64,000 nt of DNA from a candidate division WWE3 bacterium (GTDB taxonomy: Bacteria; Patescibacteriota; WWE3; JAPLWK01). Positions 27,388 through 37,186 of the stretch are shown piece after piece (positions within the stretch are counted from its first letter, which is position 1; each line of letters opens with the position of its first letter). The position numbers were made by a program, and so were the translations under genes. The notes beneath the pieces are model-generated. The model was not told where the DNA came from and did no database searches. It saw only the letters and a list, made by a program, of their open reading frames with translations. The stretch spans positions 962 to 64,961 of the forward strand of contig JAPLWK010000011.1 in NCBI GenBank assembly GCA_026396615.1, read 5' to 3'.

Positions 27388-27879
27388 CTACGGCCTTCCG
27401 AGGACCTCGTCAACCACGCGGCGTACAGCTTCGTACTCGTAACCGCGGCGCAACAGGAAGCTGGTTAGTCGCTGGCGGCCGATTTTAGGGGCGAGTTTTG
27501 CGTAACGATGACCAATTTTAAGGGCCAGAGCGGCCAAACTGGCCTCTTCGGGAACCGCCCCACTTTCAACGATCGTTTTGGAAGCGTCAAATTTAATGCC
27601 TTTTTTCGCCAGCTCCTGTTGCAAACGACGTTTTGACCGAGTCGATCCGCGTGACTCGACCCACGATTTGGCAAAAGCAGTGTCATCAACTAATTTTAGT
27701 TCTTGCAATTTTGATAACGTTGATTCGATAGCCTCGTCTGGTTTTAAACCAACCCAAGCAGAGTGCCATTTTATATTCCGCCGAAACTTTTGCTGTAAAT
27801 ATGTTTTTATTTCCTGGCTACTGTGAGGACGAAGTTCAAGGTATTTAAGAGACCAGGTGTAAAATTTGGTTTCAAGCAT
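27388..27879 (-). CDS. recX: RecX-family regulatory protein
   Basis: 163 aa of three tandem three-helix repeats. The overall pattern matches RecX. Confidence 0.65.
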   Translation of the reverse strand: MLETKFYTWSLKYLELRPHSSQEIKTYLQQKFRRNIKWHSAWVGLKPDEAIESTLSKLQELKLVDDTAFAKSWVESRGSTRSKRRLQQELAKKGIKFDASKTIVESGAVPEEASLAALALKIGHRYAKLAPKIGRQRLTSFLLRRGYEYEAVRRVVDEVLGRP

Positions 27880-27887
27880 AAATATTT

Positions 27888-27916
27888 GTCATTCCGGGCT
27901 TGACCCGGAATCCAGT
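27888..27916 (+). repeat. family-1 hairpin repeat (single copy)
   Basis: GTCATTCCGGGCTTGACCCGGAATCCAGT, 9 nt upstream of the recX start. Confidence 0.85.
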
Positions 27917-28004
27917 AACGCGATAAATTTTTAATCAATAATTAATTAATTAATTTTTAAAAATTCATGTTTGATTGAAAATTAAAAATTGGTAATTAAA
28001 AATT

Positions 28005-29450
28005 CTAACTGGAGACCCTAGGAAACAACGCCCCTATAAACTTAATCTCGCCACTTAACCCAGTAACCAGTTTCTCTGACGTCCCAGGTATTATTGGCGA
28101 AATTAATATGGCAATTTCTAAAATCTTCGGAATCAGCGTCTTTAAATAGGTTTGACGTTTTTCCGCGTCTTCAATTTCCCACGGTTTCGCTTCCTGCAAC
28201 TCCTTATTTACAACCGTCACTTTCGCCGCAATATCTTCAACCGCTTGCGAAAAGTGCAAAGTCTCTATAGCGGTCTTAAAAATCTGACTTGATTCAAGAG
28301 CAATGACATCTTTAAAAGTCGATACAACTTCATCATTCTTTAATTTGACTTGTTCCGCGAGTCTCGTAAACCGACTAAATAAATTTCCCAAATTATTAGC
28401 CAGGTCGGAATTATATTTCTGCGTAAAGCGAGAAAAACCAACGTCACTATCGTCATCTCTTGGAAAATAGGCAGCGATTAAAAAACGCGCGCCATCAACG
28501 CCGTATCTATCTATTAAGTCCTGTGGCGTTATGACGTTACCGAGTGACTTACTCATCTTTTGGCCGTCAACCATAAAATAACTATGAATAAAAACTTCTT
28601 TTGGTAGAGGAAGTTCTAGGGAGATAAGCATTGCTGTCCATAACACAGCGTGGAACCACGCGATGTCTTTGGCTATTGTATGATGCATATTTTCAAAAAA
28701 ACCAGGCCGATCAAAAATTTTAGTAGCCGTATAGTAGTTAGGTAAGGCATCAAACCAAACATAGATGGTTTGTGAGTTGTCCCATGGAATCGGAATTCCC
28801 CACGGAACAACTTTGGCTTGCCTGGAAATACTTGTATCGGGAATATCTCCAAGTTTTAGTTTACTTAATATTTCGTTACGTTTCGAAATTGGATTAATTT
28901 CAAAATGATTTTTGTCGTTGGGATCTTCAATTGCTCTAATTAAGGTATCGACATATTTTGAGAGCTTAAAAAAATAGTTTTCCTCTTTTAATTTTTCCGG
29001 AACGCGATTATGAAGCGGGCATTTTCCATCTACGAGTTCGCTTTCGGTTACAAATTTTTCACAACCGACGCAATAAAGGCCTTCGTAGACTCCTTTGTAA
29101 ATGTCGCCCTTATCATAGGTTTTCTGAGTTAATTCCTGAACAATCTTAATATGCTCGGGATTTGTTGTTCTAATAAAGGCATTAAAAGAAAGGTTAATTT
29201 TTAACCAGTTACTTTCAAACTTTGGCGCAATGAAGTCACAATAGTCTTTGGGAGACATTCCAGCTTTGGTTGCTGCTTCGGCCACTTTGGCCCCGTGCTC
29301 GTCAGTGCCGGTTAAAAAGAAGGTATCGTCACCCAGTAATCGGTGGTAACGGGCCAAGATATCAGCCGCGACAGTCGTGCAAGTATGCCCAATATGCGGC
29401 ACGTCGTTAACGTAATATATAGGTGTAGTGACGTAATATTTTTTTAACAT
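28005..29450 (-). CDS. metG: methionine--tRNA ligase (short form, no C-terminal tRNA-binding domain)
   Basis: PIYYVNDVPHIGHTCTTV (HIGH), KMSKSLGN (KMSKS), and a zinc knuckle CVGCEKF…CPLHN. Confidence 0.9.
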   Translation of the reverse strand: MLKKYYVTTPIYYVNDVPHIGHTCTTVAADILARYHRLLGDDTFFLTGTDEHGAKVAEAATKAGMSPKDYCDFIAPKFESNWLKINLSFNAFIRTTNPEHIKIVQELTQKTYDKGDIYKGVYEGLYCVGCEKFVTESELVDGKCPLHNRVPEKLKEENYFFKLSKYVDTLIRAIEDPNDKNHFEINPISKRNEILSKLKLGDIPDTSISRQAKVVPWGIPIPWDNSQTIYVWFDALPNYYTATKIFDRPGFFENMHHTIAKDIAWFHAVLWTAMLISLELPLPKEVFIHSYFMVDGQKMSKSLGNVITPQDLIDRYGVDGARFLIAAYFPRDDDSDVGFSRFTQKYNSDLANNLGNLFSRFTRLAEQVKLKNDEVVSTFKDVIALESSQIFKTAIETLHFSQAVEDIAAKVTVVNKELQEAKPWEIEDAEKRQTYLKTLIPKILEIAILISPIIPGTSEKLVTGLSGEIKFIGALFPRVSS

Positions 29451-29472
29451 GTGTTAATTTTAACACTAACGA

Positions 29473-29844
29473 CTAATTTATTCGGCTACGATGCCAAAAA
29501 TAGAATTCGACGGCCACTAAAAATAAAATTACTAAAATAATATTTAGTTTCGTAGCCACGTTCCAAAATTTAAAACCTAGTGACAAAGTCAGAAATAGGG
29601 ACAAGAGGATGCCCCGACGTAAGGCATTTCTGTAAATATACCGCGGCTCACTAAAAATACTTTTGTTAAGCGTCACCAATTTATAAATAACGACCGAAAA
29701 AGCCAGGCTAATTGTTATAAGCAAATCTACCAAAAAAATGATCTTGTTGGGAACTGTCGTTGGTGGAATTTTAAAAAAAATAAGAACTAAACTAATTAGG
29801 AATAATAAATTAATAGTGATAATGGTATATATAAATCGAGGCAT
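29473..29844 (-). CDS. small polytopic membrane protein
   Basis: 123 aa with 3-4 hydrophobic helices. Confidence 0.35.
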   Translation of the reverse strand: MPRFIYTIITINLLFLISLVLIFFKIPPTTVPNKIIFLVDLLITISLAFSVVIYKLVTLNKSIFSEPRYIYRNALRRGILLSLFLTLSLGFKFWNVATKLNIILVILFLVAVEFYFWHRSRIN

Positions 29845-29847
29845 ATA

Positions 29848-30966
29848 TTACTTAGTTAACGGTGAGGAGATCCAAGAGGTGTCAACAGCGGGAACATAAG
29901 CGGTAAAATCGCCATCACTGCCTCCGGTAGTTTTAAATAGGCCGCTAAAAATATAAATTGGTTGTAAGTAATTTTGTATTTTATCGTTGTCGTAATAGCC
30001 AAGTTCCACGGTCCGCACGGAAACTTGAGTGATATTTAAAGGCGAATAAGTGGCGTAAGCATCCTGCCCCCGTAGTTTTAAATAAACGTAACCGCCAACC
30101 CCGCTTTTTAGTTCCGAAAAAGCTTTATCCACAGATTTTAAAGGGTAAGTGCCCACTTTAGTAGTTTCCAGCGGCCATGAATTATAGGTAATAAGTGGAT
30201 ACGTCGCTTGGGGATTGCCACTAATTAAAACCCTAATCAGACCTTTTGAAGGGTCGGCGCCATAAATATTTAACTTATCGGCTTGTCGAAATAAACTAAC
30301 ATCGACTAACTGGGCTTCAGAAATGCTTCCGGCCTCCGCTAAATTACCGGTAACGATTTTAACTAAAGTGGTTTTTTGAGTTCCTGAAATATAATCGGTG
30401 GTTAAAAGTTGTTTATTTGTAAATAATCCCAAAGCGGAGTTAATGGCTTGGGCTTGAGTGGGCGAAGTGCCAGGCTCCAAATTTAGTGACAAGGTGGGGT
30501 TATCTGTCGCAATATTAAAATTACCGGTAACAATATTTATGTCAAACGTCCGGCTCCCCGGTACGTCATCAAAATGAAGTTCTGACGAGGAAACGCGAGT
30601 CGGTTCGTTATTAAAACTAAAGGAATGAGCAAGGGCCCGAGCCCTAGATTCGGAAAGTAAAGTCGCCGGAGCGTGTGGAATAGCAAAAACTTTGGCTTGA
30701 ATTGGTAGGTTGGGAAACTTGCCTGTCGGCGTGTCGACGGTATAAGCAATACTTTCTACTCCTTCGACTTTAAGATGAGGCACGGTAATTGGTGGGAGTT
30801 TTCCAAAAATCGTGGTCACGGGCGGCGGGGCCGGCGGGTTAATATTAAGATACAAAGCCCGTACTAAAACAAAAAAGTATTTAAAAATAAAAAACCCAAC
30901 CAAGAAAAAAACCATTATTACGGCCAGTCTTTTTACCAATATGGCGGTATCGGTCAGGTTCACCAT
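29848..30966 (-). CDS. hypothetical membrane-anchored extracytoplasmic protein
   Basis: 372 aa with an N-terminal anchor (AILVKRLAVIMVFFLVGFFIF). The rest is Ser/Thr/Gly-rich with a beta-rich composition. Confidence 0.45.
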   Translation of the reverse strand: MVNLTDTAILVKRLAVIMVFFLVGFFIFKYFFVLVRALYLNINPPAPPPVTTIFGKLPPITVPHLKVEGVESIAYTVDTPTGKFPNLPIQAKVFAIPHAPATLLSESRARALAHSFSFNNEPTRVSSSELHFDDVPGSRTFDINIVTGNFNIATDNPTLSLNLEPGTSPTQAQAINSALGLFTNKQLLTTDYISGTQKTTLVKIVTGNLAEAGSISEAQLVDVSLFRQADKLNIYGADPSKGLIRVLISGNPQATYPLITYNSWPLETTKVGTYPLKSVDKAFSELKSGVGGYVYLKLRGQDAYATYSPLNITQVSVRTVELGYYDNDKIQNYLQPIYIFSGLFKTTGGSDGDFTAYVPAVDTSWISSPLTK

Positions 30967-31007
30967 TAGATTATAGCTGAATTTACGTTATAATAAACGA
31001 ATTATTT

Positions 31008-32477
31008 ATGGTTCGCACCCGCATCGCCCCCAGCCCCACCGGCGAATTTCACGTAGGGCACATTCGCACATTACTTTATAACTACGCCCTGGCTAAAAAT
31101 GCCGGTGGCACTTTTGTGGTACGAATTGAAGATACGGATCGCGAGCGTTATGTGCCTGGCGCGGTTGAGAAGATTTTAGAAATTATTAAAGATTACGGTT
31201 TATCTTGGGACGAGGGACCAATTGTCGGCGGCCCTTACGCGCCATACGTACAATCAGAGCGACTTGATATTTACAAAAAATATTCTCTAGAATTAGTTGA
31301 AAAAGGCGCAGCTTACTACTGTTTTTGTACATCCGAAAGATTAGATGAGATGCGAGCTAAACAGCGAGAATTGGGGTACGCCGCGACGAGATACGACGGC
31401 CGTTGTCGTGATCTCTCTAATACAGAAGTGACGAAAAAGCTAGCAGCCAAAATGCCTTTCGTAATTCGACTTAAAGTTCCCAAGGATCAAAAGATTACTT
31501 TTCACGACGAGGTTCTAGGTGACATGTCTTTTGACAGCAACGAAATTGATGATCAAGTACTTTTAAAGTCTGACGGCTTTCCAACGTATCAACTGGCGGT
31601 GGTTATTGATGATCATTTGATGAATATTACGCATGTAATGCGCGGCATCGACTGGTTGCCATCCACCCCTAAGCACGTTTTACTTTACCAGGCTTTTGGT
31701 TGGGAATTCCCGAAGCATATTCATTTACCAAACTTAAAAGAGGTCGGTGAAAATAAAAAACTTTCTAAACGACATGGGTCTGTAGCAGCTTTAGAATTTT
31801 TGCAAGAAGGCTATTTGCCGGAGGCAATTTTAAACTTTTTGATGCTACTGGGCTGGTCCCCCAAAGTCGAAAAAGAAATTATGACAGTACCGGAATTTGT
31901 AGCCGAATTTGCGATTGATCGCATTCACCAAACGGACCTGGTTGCTTTCGACCGCCAAAAACTGCTCTGGCTTAATGGCGCTTACATTAGAAACATGGCT
32001 GTTGCAGAACTGTATGACCGGCTGACCCGGTGGTCCCAGAAGTTTGGAGTTAATATTAATACGACAGGGTTTGACCGAATCTATATTGAGAAAGTTTTGA
32101 CATTAACGCAAGACCGATTAAAATTACTAAGTGATTTTCCAATTCTAAGTAATTATTTCTTTACCGAACCTAATATAGATGTAGATCTATTAGTTAAGCA
32201 GTCCAAAGACGTCGCCAAATGCCAAGAAATAATTATAAAATTTATAACAGCTGTAGCAAATATCCCCAACTGGACCAAGGAAAATCTAGAAGTCGTGGGG
32301 CACCAAGTGCTACTTGATAATAATTACAAACCCAAAGAAGCCTTTATGACAATTCGCATCACCGTTTGCGGTGTTGAGGCAACTCCACCACTTTTTGATA
32401 CACTGGAAGTACTTGGAAAAGACGTTGTTTTAAAACGTCTGGAGAAGGCCCTAAATGACTGCCCCGCTAAAACCTAA
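31008..32477 (+). CDS. gltX: glutamate--tRNA ligase
   Basis: RIAPSPTGEFHVGHIRTLLYNYALAK (HIGH) and KLSKRHG (KMSKS). Confidence 0.9.
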   Translation: MVRTRIAPSPTGEFHVGHIRTLLYNYALAKNAGGTFVVRIEDTDRERYVPGAVEKILEIIKDYGLSWDEGPIVGGPYAPYVQSERLDIYKKYSLELVEKGAAYYCFCTSERLDEMRAKQRELGYAATRYDGRCRDLSNTEVTKKLAAKMPFVIRLKVPKDQKITFHDEVLGDMSFDSNEIDDQVLLKSDGFPTYQLAVVIDDHLMNITHVMRGIDWLPSTPKHVLLYQAFGWEFPKHIHLPNLKEVGENKKLSKRHGSVAALEFLQEGYLPEAILNFLMLLGWSPKVEKEIMTVPEFVAEFAIDRIHQTDLVAFDRQKLLWLNGAYIRNMAVAELYDRLTRWSQKFGVNINTTGFDRIYIEKVLTLTQDRLKLLSDFPILSNYFFTEPNIDVDLLVKQSKDVAKCQEIIIKFITAVANIPNWTKENLEVVGHQVLLDNNYKPKEAFMTIRITVCGVEATPPLFDTLEVLGKDVVLKRLEKALNDCPAKT

Positions 32478-33405
32478 AAAATTCTTAAATACACCTGTCA
32501 AAGTGACAACTTCACCCAATCTCTGCGAAATAAAGAGTAAGTTGACCATTCACAAGCAAGCGGCCTACGAATCAATTAAGGATAAATTAAGTCCACAAGC
32601 TTTTTTGGCTCTTCAAAGCAGTCAAGCCAGAAATTTAATTGGCAGCACTCTTTCCGGCCTATTATTGTTGACCGCTGCCGTCCCTTCGTTACAACTTCCT
32701 CCGGCTAATCGCCTCTTACCAAAGACTGTTATGATCGCATCTAGTACCCCCAAAATATTAATTACTGAAGATTTGTCGACCATGTTGCCGCCAATTGGAG
32801 AAGTGGTTGACTCGTCTGCTGCCCAAAAACTCAGCAACTGGGCATCTCTCGTTTACGGTGTAATCGCAACAGCCAATCTTGATAACCAGACATTACCTAA
32901 TATTTACGGTTTAATGGGCGGCGAACAGCATTTACTGCGTTATCCGGGTGACGTCACGGAAGCTCATATGAGGGACGCCGAGGACTACGGCATGTACTTT
33001 GGCAGTGGTACGGCGCCTTTAACGGGTGCCTGGGGCTACTTTGCCTCGTCATCAAGTAAATTAACTGAAGATTTAGCTCAAAAAGAACGCTACTACGTGG
33101 CGGTAGAAACTTTTTTAATTCCTAACTGGAACAGTGACTGGGCCAAACTTAAAGAATGGTATAAATACCGAAAAGTAGCAGTGATTAATACTGTTACTAA
33201 ACAAGATCGTGTGGCGGTAGTTGGCGATAGTGGGCCTAGCCCCTGGACTGGTAAAATCTTTGGTGGTAGCCCCGAGGTAATGGAAGCGACGGGATTAGGG
33301 GCGGGACCCAGGAAGGGCCCAGTAGTAATTTTATTTGTAAATGATCCTACGGATGTAGTACCATTGGGGCCGTTACCTTTTGCTAATATAAGCCAGTATG
33401 TCTAA
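32455..33405 (+). CDS. hypothetical secreted protein
   Basis: 316 aa with a signal-like segment (LIGSTLSGLLLLTAAVPSL). No recognised domain. Confidence 0.4.
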   Translation: MTAPLKPKKFLNTPVKVTTSPNLCEIKSKLTIHKQAAYESIKDKLSPQAFLALQSSQARNLIGSTLSGLLLLTAAVPSLQLPPANRLLPKTVMIASSTPKILITEDLSTMLPPIGEVVDSSAAQKLSNWASLVYGVIATANLDNQTLPNIYGLMGGEQHLLRYPGDVTEAHMRDAEDYGMYFGSGTAPLTGAWGYFASSSSKLTEDLAQKERYYVAVETFLIPNWNSDWAKLKEWYKYRKVAVINTVTKQDRVAVVGDSGPSPWTGKIFGGSPEVMEATGLGAGPRKGPVVILFVNDPTDVVPLGPLPFANISQYV

Positions 33406-33718
33406 AAAAGTATTTTTTTCGGAAATAATCGAATATGAAGAATTTATTCTCTTTTTTAAGGGTGAGAAGCTGGCCGAAATCGAGATAACTCAGGTAATTG
33501 CCGAACTGGAGGAAACTTTACACGCCAAAACCTTAGAATTTATTTTAGAAGAACTACCCCAAGAGCATCATGAGGAATTTTTAACGTTGTTTTTAGGCCA
33601 GCCCGAAGATGTAAGTCATTGGGACCGGCTAATTCTTAAAAAACCAGATATTAAAGAAAAAGTAACCACTAAAGTCCACCACTTTAAAAAAGAACTGCTC
33701 ACAGACTTAAAAAAATGA
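33398..33718 (+). CDS. hypothetical acidic protein
   Basis: 106 aa, helical and E-rich. It is translationally coupled to its neighbours by overlaps. Confidence 0.3.
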   Translation: MSKKVFFSEIIEYEEFILFFKGEKLAEIEITQVIAELEETLHAKTLEFILEELPQEHHEEFLTLFLGQPEDVSHWDRLILKKPDIKEKVTTKVHHFKKELLTDLKK

Positions 33719-34581
33719 TAATTTTCGATGGTAAAGCACTAGCTTCGCAAATAGAATTAGATATAAAAAACAAATTTACCTCGCCGAAGCAAGTTTCGCC
33801 GGAGCGAAGCGGCGGCGAACGCAGCGTAGGCGGGCTTAATCTCGTTATTCTAGCCACCACCACCGACGAAGCCAGCAACACTTACGTGCGTATGAAACAA
33901 CGCCTGGGGGAGCGGCTGGGAGTTACCGTCCAAAAAGTAACGGTGACTGCCGAAACTTTATCCGATGAACTTAAAAAGTACGCTGCCATGACCGAGGTGA
34001 CTGGCCTTATGGTCCAGCTCCCTATCCCCAGTCTTGATAAAAAATCACTTAATAATGTACTGTCACTAATACCTCTTACTAAAGATGTCGATGGCTTAAA
34101 TCCCCAAAACTTAGCCTTAATTAAAACAGGCCAACAAACTTTTTTACCGGCTACAGTGTTAGCGGTGGAAAGAATTATCGCAGCAGCACCTTTAGAATTT
34201 AAACTGGGCTTAACCACGGCCGCTGTGGTGGGGGCCAACGGTATGGTGGGTGGGCCACTTAGCGATCGGCTAGAATATTTGGGTTTTAAAGTGGGTAGGT
34301 TCGACATTGGGGAAACATTGACGGAGCTGCGAGACTTTGACGTGGTGGTCAGCTGCACCGGCAGCCCTAAACTAATTACATCCGAGTTGATCAAACCAGG
34401 CGCTATCGTTATCGACGTTGGCTACCCTCAAGGTGATGTTGACTTTGAGAATGTTAAAAATAAAACCAGTTTTATTACCCCCGTCCCCGGCGGCGTCGGC
34501 CCCGTCACCGTAGCTTCTCTCATGGAAAACCTAGTCCAACTATGTCATTCCGGGCCCCGAAGGGGAGCCTTTGGCTCTTGA
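33715..34581 (+). CDS. folD: bifunctional methylenetetrahydrofolate dehydrogenase/cyclohydrolase, with a repeat-derived 3' end
   Basis: The FolD core is present (…VQLPIP…KDVDG…TPVPGGVGPVTVASLMEN). The last 11 codons (HSGPRRGAFGS*) and the stop are supplied by the family-1 repeat at 34544..34594. There is a GC-rich in-frame insert near the N-terminus (PKQVSPERSGGERSVGG). Confidence 0.8.
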   Translation: MIIFDGKALASQIELDIKNKFTSPKQVSPERSGGERSVGGLNLVILATTTDEASNTYVRMKQRLGERLGVTVQKVTVTAETLSDELKKYAAMTEVTGLMVQLPIPSLDKKSLNNVLSLIPLTKDVDGLNPQNLALIKTGQQTFLPATVLAVERIIAAAPLEFKLGLTTAAVVGANGMVGGPLSDRLEYLGFKVGRFDIGETLTELRDFDVVVSCTGSPKLITSELIKPGAIVIDVGYPQGDVDFENVKNKTSFITPVPGGVGPVTVASLMENLVQLCHSGPRRGAFGS

Positions 34582-34594
34582 CCCGGAATCCAGT
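34544..34594 (+). repeat. family-1 hairpin repeat with nested CCCCGAAGGGGAGCCTTTGGCTC insertion in its loop
   Basis: GTCATTCCGGG-CCCCGAAGGGGAGCCTTTGGCTCTTGA-CCCGGAATCCAGT. Confidence 0.8.
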
Positions 34595-34744
34595 AAACGA
34601 TTGAAAAACTCAATAGAAACAAAAAAGCCCCACTAATTTATACCAGTGTATAAACTACCAGGGGCTGCGATGTTAACCATGATGTGTCTGACCTTTTTCT
34701 AACGAAACTAACCTATCTAAACTAATCTTTTTACTTATAGAAAT

Positions 34745-35152
34745 TTACGAAATCGAAACGGAGAAAAATGTACGCCAGGGATCGATCTTTTTCGCTTCAA
34801 CATCTACAAGAATTTTTCCTAAATCCTCGCATGTCAAGCAACAAGATCTACTTTCTTTTTCCCCGGTACTTAAATTAGCGCTAGTTGGGATTTCCCAGCC
34901 GTCTTCGTAACTCCCAAAGTAGCTATTATTTTTCCCTGATTTAACACCATCTACTACTTTAGCCAGAGTAACCCTGATCCAAGATAATTTTACTTTCATC
35001 TCGAATACATGGAAAAGAGGATTTATAAAGATGTGATAATCTCCAATTTCTAAATCCACATCTAAAGCCTGAATCTCATATAAATCTGAGATTCCATCTA
35101 GCTGTCTGGCATCCGGTTCAAAAACAACTGTTGTCGCGTTCCAGGTCTTCAT
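34745..35152 (-). CDS. hypothetical protein
   Basis: 135-aa ORF with no motif. It lies between the folD repeat and the IS30 element. Confidence 0.3.
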   Translation of the reverse strand: MKTWNATTVVFEPDARQLDGISDLYEIQALDVDLEIGDYHIFINPLFHVFEMKVKLSWIRVTLAKVVDGVKSGKNNSYFGSYEDGWEIPTSANLSTGEKESRSCCLTCEDLGKILVDVEAKKIDPWRTFFSVSIS

Positions 35153-35205
35153 TTAAGACCCTCCTAAAAAGTAGTCAAGAAAGCTCGTGGAGCTTGCATT
35201 CGACT

Positions 35206-36322
35206 CCAGTGCAACCTTGCGTAGGTTCGCAAACGAAGTGCAACATTAGGTAAAATCACCAGGTTAAGGAGGTGATTAAATGCCTAGTTATGAACATCTA
35301 AATATTGAGGAACGAGAACGTCTTTTTGGTTGGCGGGAATCAGGAGTTTCTCTTCAAGAAATTGGAAGAAGACTTGGTAGAAATGTTTCGACTGTCTCTC
35401 GCGAACTGGAAAGGAACACATACTTTGGTAGGCAGTATCTCCCCTGTTTAGCTCAAAGAAGAGCTGAGAGGGTGGGACTAAAGCAACGTTACCAAGCGCC
35501 TTTAAAGAACCCAGAGGTGTTTCTGTATGTTCGAGAACACTTACGGCTACCACACCTGTGGTCACCGGAAGCAATTGCCGGAAGGATTGGAATTGACATT
35601 AAAGGAGCGAGAATCAATCAAGAGACCATCTATCGGTACATCTACGGGAGGAGAGGTAAGAAGTATAAATTGTGGCAATATTTGGAGTGTGGTCGGAAGA
35701 AACGGATGAAAAAAGATGGCCGCAGAGTCCACAATAAAGGCAAGGTGCCAAACGCCATATCGATTGATCTACGGCCCAAAGCGGTTAATAACAGAAAGGT
35801 CGTCGGTTACTGGGAGACAGATAACATTGAAGGTCCAAGGAAGTCAAAATCAGCTCTCTCCGTCATCTCTGAAAGATCGGTAAGAAGGGTGTTAATTAGT
35901 AAAATAGCTAATCAAACCGCAGTGGTTAAAACAGCCTCATTAGTACAAAGAATGAAGATTTATCCGCAGGCTCTTTTGGGGTCAATTACTCAAGATAACG
36001 GTCAGGAGAACTATTGCCACCAGGAAACTGGTAAGGCTTTAGGAACGACTATGTACTTCTGTAACGCCTATCACAGTTGGGAGAAAGGTGGTGTCGAAAA
36101 TCGTAATAAAGCCATCCGAAGATTCTTTCCCAAGGGAACGGATTTCGATCTAGTGTCAGATGAGGAAGTAGCGGTAGTAGAGTATATTATCAACAGTCGA
36201 CCAATGAAGTGCTTGAACTATTTGAAACCCTACGAGAAAATGCAACAGTTGGTGAGTAAGTTAGGATCAACTTAACGACCAAGTGTTGCACTTCCGCTGC
36301 GAATGTACCTGTGAGGTTGCAA
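35206..36322 (+). mobile_element. IS30-family insertion sequence (~1.1 kb) with imperfect ~45-bp terminal inverted repeats
   Basis: Left end ...CCAGTGCAACCTTGCGTAGGTTCGCAAACGAAGTGCAACATT. Right-end reverse complement ...TTGCAACCTCACAGGTACATTCGCAGCGGAAGTGCAACACTT, about 75% match. It encloses a single transposase ORF. Confidence 0.7.
35280..36275 (+). CDS. IS30-family transposase
   Basis: N-terminal HTH (LNIEERERLFGWRESGVSLQEIGRRLGRNVSTVSRELERN) and a DDE integrase core (…YWETDNIEG…DNGQEN…). Confidence 0.85.
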   Translation: MPSYEHLNIEERERLFGWRESGVSLQEIGRRLGRNVSTVSRELERNTYFGRQYLPCLAQRRAERVGLKQRYQAPLKNPEVFLYVREHLRLPHLWSPEAIAGRIGIDIKGARINQETIYRYIYGRRGKKYKLWQYLECGRKKRMKKDGRRVHNKGKVPNAISIDLRPKAVNNRKVVGYWETDNIEGPRKSKSALSVISERSVRRVLISKIANQTAVVKTASLVQRMKIYPQALLGSITQDNGQENYCHQETGKALGTTMYFCNAYHSWEKGGVENRNKAIRRFFPKGTDFDLVSDEEVAVVEYIINSRPMKCLNYLKPYEKMQQLVSKLGST

Positions 36323-36439
36323 TTCAAATAAAACGTAGAGGCGATTCACGAATCGCCCTTAATCCACAAAAACAAAAAACGGCGAGGTCTGTAGTTTCTC
36401 CTTGCGGATACTTGCTACATACTTCGCCGTTTCGCTAAC

Positions 36440-36886
36440 CTAGAACCATATAGGCCCCCTGCTGCCCCAAGAAATCGGAAGGTGAGTGGTACTGCAACCG
36501 TATTGGCCGCGGCGCTGCTTCTTCCAAATTGCTACAGAGCTTGTGGTTATTGGCAAGTTGATGACAATCAGGCGTATTTGGCTGTCCTTCACGAACCGAA
36601 CCAACGCCACTTCGACATCAGCTTGTTTACCAGCGTCTACTATAATCGTCTGCTCTTCCTCGAAAATAGGAAGAATCTCTGACGATTTACCGTAGGCATA
36701 GTAAGCGCCAATACTCCGGTCGAGCCTGAGAGTAACGTTTCCAAAGCTGATCTTTGGACGATACGTTACCTCGTGCTTTCCGCCCCAAAGTCCGAACAGG
36801 TAGAACAGGACCGCTTCACGCCATTTCGTCTCTGGGAAGCAAGTCAGCCCACTTACCTGTAAGTCCTTGTATTCGTTCTCTGCCAT
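36440..36886 (-). CDS. hypothetical protein (locally GC-elevated region)
   Basis: 148-aa ORF. Local GC looks higher than its surroundings. No motif. The C-terminal part may be read-through. Confidence 0.25.
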   Translation of the reverse strand: MAENEYKDLQVSGLTCFPETKWREAVLFYLFGLWGGKHEVTYRPKISFGNVTLRLDRSIGAYYAYGKSSEILPIFEEEQTIIVDAGKQADVEVALVRFVKDSQIRLIVINLPITTSSVAIWKKQRRGQYGCSTTHLPISWGSRGPIWF

Positions 36887-37130
36887 GTCGTTCTCCTTCC
36901 CTTATGGGGAAAGTACTTCTTAGTACCACACTCCTGGTCCTCCCAGCAGGTGAACTATGAAGATTACTACATTTCTGCAGCAACAAGCGAAGGGCTATCT
37001 AATTAACCTTCTGATTGTTACTGCGGAAATATATTGATTTAGGGGACTATTTGGATATTCGATTCGATTTGTGCCACTATTATAACACTACAGGGTATAT
37101 TTGTCGAGAGGGTACGTATCGATTTGAGTT

Positions 37131-37180
37131 ACTGGATTCCCTGCCAGTTGGCGGGCAGGCGGCTCTAGGGCCGGAATGAC
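37131..37180 (-). repeat. family-1 hairpin repeat (reverse orientation) with nested CCTGCCAGTTGGCGGGCAGG hairpin
   Basis: ACTGGATTCC-CTGCCAGTTGGCGGGCAGGCGGCTCTAGGG-CCGGAATGAC. It is immediately 3' of rpsI and may act as a terminator. Confidence 0.75.
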
Positions 37181-37186
37181 TTGTCT

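Noticed and set aside
35284-35574. 96-aa minus-strand ORF inside the IS30 transposase gene
   Set aside because: It is antisense to the transposase N-terminal HTH region. No support.
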